DNA from: Desulfosudis oleivorans
GTDB taxonomy: Bacteria; Desulfobacterota; Desulfobacteria; Desulfobacterales; SURF-7
DNA length: 64,000 bases
Reading direction: 5' to 3'
Assembly: GCA_020723325.1 (NCBI GenBank)
Contig: DYJD01000003.1
Span: 39,822 to 103,821, forward strand
Shown in pieces: positions 16,877 to 24,971 of the stretch. The notes under the pieces are model-generated. The model made no database searches. It was not told where the DNA came from and saw only the letters and a program-made list of their open reading frames with translations. Each line of letters starts with the position of its first letter. The first letter of the stretch is position 1. The translations under genes were made by a program, and so were the position numbers.

Positions 16877-17773
16877 TCAAGGATTGCGGATTTTCCGCAA
16901 CAGTTGCAGGACAGCCGCTTCCTTAGCTTTGGCTTCCACTTCCACTGTCAGGGTGAGGGGCAGCCAGGATTGGGGAAAATCATGAATATTGATGTAATCG
17001 TGATGGGAACGGATGCCCTTGCCCTGCCAGCCGTCCATCGGCGAGGAAATGTGAAAAAGCGGCTCCCGGTTCCAAGTTGAAAGCGCCCTTTCGGTTGCTT
17101 CTTCAACGGAGATTTCATCCGGCCGGCAGCGGTGATGGTGGACATCATACACTAGTGGGACCTGCATTTCCCGGCAAAGGGGCAGAAGGTCAACGGGGGT
17201 ATAGCTTCTGTCGTCATTTTCCAAGGTCAGGCGGTTTCTGATTTCATCTGGGAGCAAATCGATCTGCCGGCGCAGACGCTGCATGGCCGCTTTCTGATCT
17301 CCGTACCCGCCGCCGGCGTGGATATTGATCACATCCGCATGAACCCAGCGGGCAACCTTGGCCTGATAGGCCAAATCCACCAGGGAACGTCGCACCACTT
17401 CCGGGTGGGGGGATGCCAAGACGATAAACTGATCCGGATGGAAAGTAGTGCGGATATCGTGTTTCCGGCAGAATCGGCCGCAGGCTTTGAACCCGTCGAC
17501 GATGCGATCCCCGTCCGGCAGATCTGCGAGGTCATACCCGCATACCGGATGGGTTATGAGCGGCAGAATCTGACTGTTGATCCGGAAGGCGCCGATACCA
17601 TTCCCCTGACAGTAGATCAGAGCTTTCATCAGATTTTCTGCATTGGACAGCGCTATTTCCGATAAGTGCCGGCGCTGTTCCGGCATGGCAAGTTTAGAAA
17701 GATATTTGGCCGTTGCCCGCCGGAACCGGATAGGCTGATGCCGGAACAGGCAACACAATCCCAGTCGAACCAT
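16877..17773 (-). CDS. uvsE: UV-damage endonuclease UvdE/UvsE
   Basis: MVRLGLCCLF start, with TTFHPDQF, NIHAGG, TLENDD and YDVHHH strings characteristic of the UVDE TIM-barrel family. Confidence 0.85.
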   Translation of the reverse strand: MVRLGLCCLFRHQPIRFRRATAKYLSKLAMPEQRRHLSEIALSNAENLMKALIYCQGNGIGAFRINSQILPLITHPVCGYDLADLPDGDRIVDGFKACGRFCRKHDIRTTFHPDQFIVLASPHPEVVRRSLVDLAYQAKVARWVHADVINIHAGGGYGDQKAAMQRLRRQIDLLPDEIRNRLTLENDDRSYTPVDLLPLCREMQVPLVYDVHHHRCRPDEISVEEATERALSTWNREPLFHISSPMDGWQGKGIRSHHDYINIHDFPQSWLPLTLTVEVEAKAKEAAVLQLLRKIRNP

Positions 17774-17981
17774 ATAAAATAAGCATCCTCCTTTGAATCA
17801 ATACAGTCCCTTTTCGATCCGCCAATAGCATGAATATGCATTATGGGCCAGATGTTAGCAACCTCCCATTACAAACAGAATATAGCATATCTCTTCTTCC
17901 AGATAATTTCCAATATCTTGCCCTGGGGAAAAATTTGGCGTATCCTGGTGATCGTTTATTAAGTGAAAGGCTGAGACCCAG

Positions 17982-18500
17982 GTGGAACAAAGCAAAACTA
18001 TATTGATCATGGATGACGACGCCAATATTCTGCAGGTGGCCGGTTTTGCCTTGAAGAAAGCCGGGTATGAGGTGGTGTACGCCCGGGACGGGCGGGAGGC
18101 CTTGAGTGTGTTTGCTGAGGCCAAACCGGACCTGGTTGTTCTGGATGTCATGATGCCGGAAATGGACGGCACCGAAGTCTGCAAAATCATCTGCAGTCAA
18201 TCCGAGGTTCCCATCATCTTCCTGTCTTCCCGGGATGATGAGATCGATCGCATCATCGGTCTGGAATTGGGGGGCTACGATTATGTCACCAAGCCTTTCA
18301 GCCCGCGGGAACTTGCGGCTCGCATCAAGGCCGTTTTTCGGCGTATGGAGAATTTAGGGGGTGGTGCCGGTACATCTTCGAATCTTCATTCCACCGGTAG
18401 TAAAACCCTCCGCTGGGGCCACCTAAAGATTTTTACCGGCTTTTCGAGTCGGTTCGATATAAGTATATGTTATCAAGAAACCTATTTAAAGTCAGTCTAA
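17982..18500 (+). pseudogene. OmpR-family response regulator with an intact receiver and the winged-helix DNA-binding domain lost at an island junction
   Basis: Receiver ILIMDDD...LVVLDVMMPEMDG...KPFSPREL is intact and the linker follows. Family-like sequence stops after TLRWGHLKI (about nt 18430). The frame then runs into AT-rich unrelated sequence to a stop. Confidence 0.75.
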
Positions 18501-19295
18501 ATGATTAAAAGAAAATCAGATATAAAAAAGCGCCGTGGACGAAAAAGGCATAATTCATCGAATTTCATGCCAGCGATACTACCTATCCCAACTTTGCATG
18601 AAGACGACATCAATAAATTACCAAAAATTTTAATAGATTGTCAGGACAAATTAGGTGATGCGGATATTGATAAAATAAAGCTCAGACTCAATTTTGTAGA
18701 TCATAAAGATTTAAGAAAATTAAATGCAATTCGGGTGGTTGATCCAGGCACCATCAAGATGCCATCTAAGGAGACAACAACGGGTTGTTATCACCCAAGC
18801 AATAAATCCGGCCAGGCTGAAATATGGCTGTCATCTAATTTAATAAAAACTCCCAAAGGTTTAGAGGTCTTTTTAAAAAAACTTACATACAAAGATGAAC
18901 TTTTTGAAACCTTGTTCCATGAAATAGGTCATCACAAGGCCTTCTTAACCCATTCTATAGATAAATTTGAAAATGAAGCATATGCTGAGAAATATATGCT
19001 TGCCTATAGAAAATTCTGGAAAAAGCACCATGGCCCATCGAAAATATATATTAAAATATTTAGATATTCCATTAAATTGCTTCGATTCTTTCTTATAGGC
19101 ATTTTATACCCCTTTAGAAACAGAAACAAAGAGATCAATCTTTTTTATCGAAATTTAACAGGTGAAATTTCTTTAAAAGAATTTAACGAATTGATGGGCT
19201 TTAATCATAATGATTCTGGAAGGAAGAAAAAGAAATGGACTCATCCTTTAAGCCGTAATAACTATCTAAATCGATTTAATTTACCAGAAAGATGA
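18501..19295 (+). CDS. Hypothetical protein with an HExxH metallopeptidase-like motif
   Basis: ETLFHEIGHHKAF, a basic N-terminus and a hydrophobic C-terminal segment. AT-rich codon usage. The start may be internal (MPAILPIP). Confidence 0.55.
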   Translation: MIKRKSDIKKRRGRKRHNSSNFMPAILPIPTLHEDDINKLPKILIDCQDKLGDADIDKIKLRLNFVDHKDLRKLNAIRVVDPGTIKMPSKETTTGCYHPSNKSGQAEIWLSSNLIKTPKGLEVFLKKLTYKDELFETLFHEIGHHKAFLTHSIDKFENEAYAEKYMLAYRKFWKKHHGPSKIYIKIFRYSIKLLRFFLIGILYPFRNRNKEINLFYRNLTGEISLKEFNELMGFNHNDSGRKKKKWTHPLSRNNYLNRFNLPER

Positions 19296-19512
19296 ATTGA
19301 TAACAACCAAGGCTTTGACTTGACGCCGAGCACGATGCTGGTTCACTGAAAATGCTTGAGCAACTCCGCCTCTCGGATACCAGAAATTCGCATCAATAGC
19401 CAAGCACAAGAAATCGGCTATTTGACCGACACTTCTGCGTATCTTCATGCGTTGAAGACTGTCGTTTTCAATGTTGAAATCGGGCAGGCCAAACAAATTG
19501 ACAAAGGCATTT

Positions 19513-19626
19513 CCGGACTGCTAAAGGTGCACAATGGCAGGAGTAATGTGCACCATTTTTAATGGGTTACAATAGGCCAGTTTATGGTAAGGAGTGCTGC
19601 ACTTTTGAGGTGTTCGTTTTCAGCCC
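19513..19626 (+). repeat. Island structured repeat R1 (~113 bp)
   Basis: CCGGACT...AAGGTGCACAATGGCAGGAGTAATGTGCACCATTTTTAAT...GAGTGCTGCACTTTTGAGGTGTTCGTTTTCAGCC. It ends 17 nt before the ATG of the next ORF. Confidence 0.8.
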
Positions 19627-19642
19627 TTAAATCAAGGCAGAA

Positions 19643-20137
19643 ATGATGACAATTTCTGAGAAGAATTTAATTCGCGCAATCAAAAAAGAGCGAAAGATGG
19701 ATATTAAAAGCAGAGAATGTGTCTGTAATGAAATCTTCATCGAGCAGCCAAATCTTTTAACGTCGGTATTGGTACAGCAAAAATTGGGTAACTCTATTGA
19801 GGATGTTGAAGTTTTGTTGAATATTCTGATTGTATTGCACCTGGCGGTAAAAGAATCAGGGAAAAGAATTGTAAAAATTTCAGAAGAAGAGCTGGAACAT
19901 CAATTTAAAATACTTTCAGCATTAATAAGATTCACAGAGGGAATGAAGAGTAAACTTGTTGAAAGCTCAATTGACCTATATATTGAAGGCCATGGTGAAA
20001 AAATTTTATTGGCGTATGTTTTTGCTGCTATGAAAGATGCCAGGTTTTTTGAAAATACAAATGAGAGCTCAAAATGCCTTATCATGGCTGGTATAAATTC
20101 GGTTAACTGTATTGCAAATGCGCAAATAGCGAATTGA
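19643..20137 (+). CDS. Hypothetical protein (164 aa) flanked by R1 and R2
   Basis: Clean AT-rich ORF with AAGG ahead of the ATG. No family recognised. Confidence 0.55.
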   Translation: MMTISEKNLIRAIKKERKMDIKSRECVCNEIFIEQPNLLTSVLVQQKLGNSIEDVEVLLNILIVLHLAVKESGKRIVKISEEELEHQFKILSALIRFTEGMKSKLVESSIDLYIEGHGEKILLAYVFAAMKDARFFENTNESSKCLIMAGINSVNCIANAQIAN

Positions 20138-20172
20138 TGGGGAATTTGCGAGACAAATTGAAATCGAAATCG

Positions 20173-20284
20173 CCGGACTTTTAAGGTGCACAATGCCAGG
20201 AGCAATGTGCATCATTTTTAATAGGGTGGGATCGTGTGCACTCTGGCAATGAGTGCTACACTTTTAAGGTATTCGTTTCCAGCC
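20173..20284 (+). repeat. Island structured repeat R2 (~112 bp)
   Basis: Collinear with R1. The 5' ~50 nt and 3' ~35 nt are highly similar to R1, and the centre has diverged. Confidence 0.8.
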
Positions 20285-20351
20285 TTTCAAATTCACGGGA
20301 AATTTTTGCGAAATATAGAATCAGCCTAATCATAATTCCGTTTTCAAAAAT

Positions 20352-20747
20352 ATGATAAGAAACATACAAATTATTTTATTAGGTCTTTTGATAACTCTGA
20401 CTGGATGTGCATCGCCAGAATATTTCTCTCACAGAAAAAATGATGCGGCAGATATTTTTACAGCAACAATAGGTATTGGTGGCGGGGCCAAATTGAGAGT
20501 CGGCCCGATAAATCCTGGTTTATTATATAATATTGATTTTGCTGGAATTAAATCTGGAAAAATTTTTACCGGAAGCAAACTTGATAATGGAGAAATTTTT
20601 GAATTGACAACTCCTCTTCCATTTATGTCAATTCCGCAGTCAGGTGGGTCTGGAATGCACAGCATAGAAGTTTGCGGGAGTGTTCAACCAGAATTTAACC
20701 TAAGAGACAAAAACTATATTGCAGTAGGAGTTGTTATACCGGTATAA
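20352..20747 (+). CDS. Predicted lipoprotein
   Basis: Signal peptide with lipobox: ILLGLLITLTGC. Confidence 0.6.
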   Translation: MIRNIQIILLGLLITLTGCASPEYFSHRKNDAADIFTATIGIGGGAKLRVGPINPGLLYNIDFAGIKSGKIFTGSKLDNGEIFELTTPLPFMSIPQSGGSGMHSIEVCGSVQPEFNLRDKNYIAVGVVIPV

Positions 20748-20950
20748 TGTTATATCCTGATTTGGAATATTATAAACAAAATTTAATCTATTTAACACAA
20801 ATTGAAGTTTCTACGGGTATAGGGGGCACATTACGTTTTGGCTTTAATCCATTTGAGTTGTTAGATTTTATTTTAGGATGGACCACTATTGATATTTTTA
20901 GTGATGATATAATTAAAGCAAAGAAGGTTGAAATCGAACAAAATAATTGA
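20747..20950 (+). CDS. Small protein related to the C-terminal part of the preceding lipoprotein
   Basis: ATAATG stop/start overlap. STGIGGTLRFGFNPFELL resembles ATIGIGGGAKLRVGPINPGLL in the upstream ORF. Confidence 0.4.
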   Translation: MLYPDLEYYKQNLIYLTQIEVSTGIGGTLRFGFNPFELLDFILGWTTIDIFSDDIIKAKKVEIEQNN

Positions 20951-20998
20951 GCAGATGCCAAATATCTTGGCGTTTAGTGAAAGCAAGGAATATAGATT

Positions 20999-21511
20999 TT
21001 GACTAAAAAGTGTTACATATTGGCAGGCCCCAATGGGGCTGGCAAAACGACATTCGCAAATGAGTTCCTCCCTATAGAAGCTGAATGTTTAAATTTTATT
21101 AATGCCGACCTAATTGCTCAAGGACTTGCACCTTTTCAGCCTGCCAAAATGGCGATAGAATCTGGTCGGCTTATGATCAAACAAATTAAAGATTGTGTCC
21201 GAAAAAACGAATCCTTTGCTTTTGAGACGACTCTTAGCGGCAAAGGATTCATAAAAAATATAAAAGCATGGAAAAGTAATGGATATGAAATTATTATATA
21301 TTTCTTAAAGCTTCCGACCGTTGAGTTCGCAATTGAACGAGTGAAATTGAGAGTTATCAAAGGTGGACACAACATCCCCGAGCAAGACATTAGACGACGC
21401 TTTGGAAGAAGTTGGGATAATTTCAATACTTTTTATAAACAACTGGCTGATTCATGGGTTGTTTTTGATACATCGGGCGATATGCCGATTATAATAGACG
21501 AATCGGAGTAG
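20999..21511 (+). CDS. Zeta-toxin-like / COG4185-type P-loop kinase
   Basis: Walker A GPNGAGKTTF. Size of ~170 aa and layout fit zeta-toxin-like ATPases. TTG start behind AAGGA. Confidence 0.7.
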   Translation: MTKKCYILAGPNGAGKTTFANEFLPIEAECLNFINADLIAQGLAPFQPAKMAIESGRLMIKQIKDCVRKNESFAFETTLSGKGFIKNIKAWKSNGYEIIIYFLKLPTVEFAIERVKLRVIKGGHNIPEQDIRRRFGRSWDNFNTFYKQLADSWVVFDTSGDMPIIIDESE

Positions 21512-21515
21512 CTGT

Positions 21516-21713
21516 ATGAGTATGCATAATAAATACGCAATTATAGGATTAAAGGCCTTGCAAAGAGCAGCCGAAAAAGTAGCTGCTGATGCAAAGAAGA
21601 ACAATTACAAAATTCCGGTCTGGAATAATGGTCGGATTGTATTTAAAATTCCTAGTGTTCCCACCGAACAAAAAGATGGACCTGACCACAAAAGCAGTGT
21701 CGATTATAGATAA
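21516..21713 (+). CDS. Small protein downstream of the P-loop kinase (possible cognate partner)
   Basis: A 4-nt gap after the kinase stop. 65 aa, with a helical N-terminus followed by KIPVWNNGRIVFKIP. Confidence 0.45.
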   Translation: MSMHNKYAIIGLKALQRAAEKVAADAKKNNYKIPVWNNGRIVFKIPSVPTEQKDGPDHKSSVDYR

Positions 21714-21845
21714 ATCGAAAACATAGGCGGCTTTTATACCAGCTTGTTTTGGGTGTTCCGGCTTGATTACGGTATAGCCGAACCGGAAATCGCGCCAATC
21801 CCGAGTGCAGATCACGGCTATCTATCCGCCCATACGATCCAATCC

Positions 21846-21885
21846 CTAAAAGTGCAGATAGTCTTTTTCATTATGCACTTTTATG
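21846..21885 (+). repeat. Degenerate third copy of the R hairpin module
   Basis: CTAAAAGTGCAGATAGTCTTTTTCATTATGCACTTTTATG compares with CTAAAGGTGCACAATGGCAGGAGTAATGTGCACCATTTTTA in R1. Confidence 0.45.
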
Positions 21886-21936
21886 TTTTGCCGCAGAGCC
21901 ATTTTTTGATCGGAAAATTATTGCGAAAAATCGCGG

Positions 21937-22221
21937 TTACATTTTCATTGGGGCATGTAAAAGGGATTTGATCATTTCTTTAGGAACAATACTCACTGTC
22001 TGTATGCCCTTATTAAAAACGATGAAAATGTCGCCTCGTTCCAATTGTTGCTTTATCATGATGACATCATCAACCCGGCCGTTACCACGAATCAAAAAGC
22101 CGTTGACTTCGAGGAGTTCGACCCCGGGCTGCGCCGTCTCCAAATCCCTTTGCAGATCCCGCGAATTTTCGTCAGATGCCGTCCTTGGTATTTGATCCAA
22201 GGCCGAAAACAATATATTCAT
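21937..22221 (-). CDS. Hypothetical ORF, possibly part of a frameshifted gene
   Basis: 94-aa ORF. An adjacent 58-codon frame (22350 down to about 22174) reads protein-like in another frame. No family recognised. Confidence 0.3.
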   Translation of the reverse strand: MNILFSALDQIPRTASDENSRDLQRDLETAQPGVELLEVNGFLIRGNGRVDDVIMIKQQLERGDIFIVFNKGIQTVSIVPKEMIKSLLHAPMKM

Positions 22222-22346
22222 AGCGTTCTTCCCAAATCATCTCGCGGGTTTCAAAATGCGCGGCCACATATTGATATAAAAATCGCTCTTGACAATCATA
22301 TCCTGACTCAAAAAGAATATGACAAAAATAAATGGAAGGTATAATC

Positions 22347-22748
22347 ATGGATACCGAGCTTCAAAAAGTGGCGAATGTATGGCCGGGCATACGAAACATT
22401 TTTTCTGTTCCCCATAATAACAGAGAATACAACAAATTTATCCATCTTCTTGATGGGTTAGTTGATGAAGTCGGCGAGGATGAATCCCATCCGCTGGCTT
22501 CCTTGATGGAAACGATCGGCAGCCTTGTTGAAGCCTATGAATCCAGAAACCTGGCGGAAAACATAGGGGAACCGATTGTTGCACTAAAATACCTTATGAA
22601 CGAGCATGGCCTCAAACAGAAAGATCTTATTGAAATTGGCTCCCAAGGGGTGGTATCGGAAATTTTTGCAGGAAAACGAAATCTGAATATCCGCCAGATA
22701 AAACTATTAAGTAAGCGGTTTAATGTTTCGCCGGCAGTATTTATGTAA
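22347..22748 (+). CDS. HigA/XRE-type antitoxin-like HTH protein (orphan)
   Basis: ATG 22347 lies behind GGAAGG. C-terminal HTH LKQKDLIEIGSQGVVSEIFAGKRNLNIRQIKLLSKRFNVS with a long N-terminal extension, as in HigA-type antitoxins. No intact toxin ORF lies upstream. Confidence 0.65.
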   Translation: MDTELQKVANVWPGIRNIFSVPHNNREYNKFIHLLDGLVDEVGEDESHPLASLMETIGSLVEAYESRNLAENIGEPIVALKYLMNEHGLKQKDLIEIGSQGVVSEIFAGKRNLNIRQIKLLSKRFNVSPAVFM

Positions 22749-22773
22749 TCCAGTAATCGTATAGTGGGAGCCG

Positions 22774-22860
22774 GAATTCGCTACGGTACTGAAACTAGTG
22801 CGTGCTCTGGGACTTAAACTTCATGCCGAACCAGAAAGTGTCAAAAGCTCTCATTCTTGA
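22774..22860 (+). pseudogene. 3' remnant of an XRE/HipB-type HTH gene
   Basis: EFATVLKLVRALGLKLHAEPESVKSSHS* has no start codon. ALGLKLHxEP is a typical C-terminus of XRE-family antitoxins. Confidence 0.4.
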
Positions 22861-23149
22861 GCCGGGCGGCCAAAATTATTCGTTCAACTCAAAGCAGTGA
22901 CGATCCGCCGGTGCCTGATTCGCCGCCGTGATGCCGGCTTCCAACAGAAATTCAGGCCGGACTTTACTAAAAGAATACTTGTGAACTTAGTTGTCAGCAC
23001 AAACGAAGTCGGCTTTTTAGTTTTCCCTAAACCCACCGCCTATGGCGGTGGACCCGGATAGGTTCTACCGATCCGGCGAGAAATGATATGGGTTCTTCCT
23101 CGGCAAAGCCCTGAATGATGGCGAAGAGGAAGAACGATGTAATATTTTA

Positions 23150-23205
23150 GAGTGCGGCGACGTGTCGCCGCTGTTAAAGCGCGGACGCGTCCGCGCATTC
23201 CAAAT
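23150..23205. repeat. GC-rich double-palindrome REP unit
   Basis: GAGTGCGGCGACGTGTCGCCGCTGTTAAAGCGCGGACGCGTCCGCGCATTCCAAA contains two perfect palindromes (CGGCGACGTGTCGCCG and GCGCGGACGCGTCCGCGC). Confidence 0.6.
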
Positions 23206-23492
23206 GAAATACCGTCGCATGCAACATTTCAGCAAGCGTTAAATGAACAGCGCAATCAATAAAATCAGCCCGAGTACTTCAATCCGCTCGGCCTTTTTCA
23301 AAAAGATGCTGTTGACGATCACCGGATCCTTTAAAAAAACCAAAGTTTTTCTCGATACCGTTTTTTCCTTTGAAAACGGTTTGCTGTTCATGGAAAAGGC
23401 CCTTTCGGTTTTCGATCGGGCCTTTTATGGGTGTTATGGAATGAAATACTTCGACTTTTCGACCGAAATCCGGTTTCGGTCACGTATAACAA

Positions 23493-24323
23493 CTATGGTG
23501 TAAGATATTGCAGCGCCTTGGTGGCCACATCCGCCTTGGTGACCAACTCCTCGTGATCATAACTCCAAAAGCGGGTCACGAATGTCATACCGCTGATCGA
23601 ATTCGCATCATGGGGCACACCGCCGTCACTATCGGTCCAGTAAATGGTCGACAAAAGAGTCCAACCGATGGAAAGCTCACCGGCAAAACCCCAGGCATCC
23701 CAGCCGTCCGCATCTCCGCCAATGGAGTAAATAGCGCCGCCATCCGCCATGGGACCAGGCGCGGGATACTGGACATTGAAGGTTCCTTGAACCCAGCTTG
23801 GTTTCAGATTTTCCACGGCCGCTTCCGCACCGATGAAGAACGCCACCCACTGGCCTTGATAGGCCAGCGGTGATCCTTTATGCGGAGTCCCCAGAGTGAC
23901 CAGTCCGGCAACGGTATTGGGATTGTTGTAGATGTATCGCCGGGATACCAATCCCCCCATGCTGTGACCGATGATTTTAAATTTGGTGGACAACCCATAG
24001 GAAGCCTGCAGAAGACTCGTTTTGGTGCGCATCCGTGAGGCCTGGGTGGCAACGGAAGTATCCCCGGCGGTATAGTCGTTCTCTCCGCAGCAGATGAGCT
24101 TCCGGCCGTTGATCCAGCGCTCCCAGACCCGGGTGGAGGTGTTCGTATAAATCGCATACACATTACCGGATCCATATGTCTGGAGACATTTGTCTAAGAA
24201 ACTGGTGCTCCATTGATACTTGTTGGTCAACCCGTGCACCAATACCAGATCATAAGCGGCAACATTGGTTGCAAAAACCAACAACAGCAAAACTCCCAGC
24301 AACCATCCCTTGCTTTTTCTCAT
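23493..24323 (-). CDS. Secreted alpha/beta-hydrolase, lipase/esterase-like
   Basis: Signal peptide MRKSKGWLLGVLLLLVFATNVAA, nucleophile elbow IIGHSMGG and LVHG near the N-terminus. Confidence 0.8.
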   Translation of the reverse strand: MRKSKGWLLGVLLLLVFATNVAAYDLVLVHGLTNKYQWSTSFLDKCLQTYGSGNVYAIYTNTSTRVWERWINGRKLICCGENDYTAGDTSVATQASRMRTKTSLLQASYGLSTKFKIIGHSMGGLVSRRYIYNNPNTVAGLVTLGTPHKGSPLAYQGQWVAFFIGAEAAVENLKPSWVQGTFNVQYPAPGPMADGGAIYSIGGDADGWDAWGFAGELSIGWTLLSTIYWTDSDGGVPHDANSISGMTFVTRFWSYDHEELVTKADVATKALQYLTP

Positions 24324-24587
24324 ATCGCTCCTCCTTCATGATGTTTTGATTTATTTCGACGATCCAATAGCGCTGTCGTCGCTTTCACCTCAATGTTCTA
24401 ATGACATGCCGTGAAAAACGTTTTCGATCCGACCATAGGCCCTCCTCACCTGGTTTTCTACTTTTCAGAATAATTCATTCACAGGGAAGGCACAATTGGG
24501 GGAACGATAAATTACAAGGAGGAAAAACCTAATTCAGGAGTAGGAAAAAGGTCAAGCAGGTCTGATCATTCGATTTAAATGAGTTGA

Positions 24588-24971
24588 TTACTGGTTATCA
24601 TCGCAGCTATCGACGATATTCCGGATCATTTTCAAGTTAGAAGGCGGCAGGTCAAGGAATTCACAAGCAAAGCACAGGTGATCCAGCAAGGGATTTTTCA
24701 GAAGCCAGCGGACTTTCAATTTCCTTCCAATGAGGAAGGAAAGATCGATTTGGCTTTCAATATGGGTAAGTTTCAGTTCTTCATTTTCGAATAGGACATG
24801 GAGCATATCCTTGGTTGAAGCCAGGCCCAGACCGCCTTCACTCAAATTCAGAACAGTGACCGGGATCACGGCCTCCGGGTTTGAATTTTTCATGATGCTT
24901 GCGGCAACTGATTTTTTGGTGGAGAACAGCAAGCGTTTGTATTTTCTTTTTTCAACCAATTCGTACTGCAT
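24588..24971 (-). CDS. Stand-alone PilZ domain protein (paralogue 2)
   Basis: RKYKR (RxxxR) and NLSEGGLG (D/NxSxxG) c-di-GMP-binding motifs. Its start overlaps the upstream stop (TGATG). Confidence 0.8.
   Translation of the reverse strand: MQYELVEKRKYKRLLFSTKKSVAASIMKNSNPEAVIPVTVLNLSEGGLGLASTKDMLHVLFENEELKLTHIESQIDLSFLIGRKLKVRWLLKNPLLDHLCFACEFLDLPPSNLKMIRNIVDSCDDNQ

Noticed and set aside
19281-19496. 71-aa minus-strand ORF (TTG start), considered as a possible transposase or integrase fragment in the island.
   Set aside because: I recognised no catalytic or family motif. It lacks an ATG or SD and overlaps the 3' end of the HExxH gene. It cannot be assigned without a database search.
19513-20284. 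R1/R2 as integron attC sites, with the island as a cassette array.
   Set aside because: I recognised no intI integrase or attI in the window. I could not find the RYYYAAC / GTTRRRY core sites at the repeat ends. The repeats sit directly upstream of ORFs rather than downstream. The idea is kept only as one alternative in the findings.
22045-22344. 99-aa plus-strand ORF upstream of the HigA-like gene, considered as the missing HigB toxin.
   Set aside because: The sequence has no resemblance to RelE/HigB-fold toxins. It overlaps protein-like frames on the other strand, and its composition looks non-coding.
23239-23503. 86-aa plus-strand ORF (23243-23503), and a 50-aa minus-strand ORF (23239-23391; MNSKPFSKEK...LGLILLIALFI) downstream of the lipase gene.
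   Set aside because: Neither has a recognisable family or a convincing SD, and each occupies the other's antisense. The minus-strand one could be a small membrane protein, but support is too weak to call.
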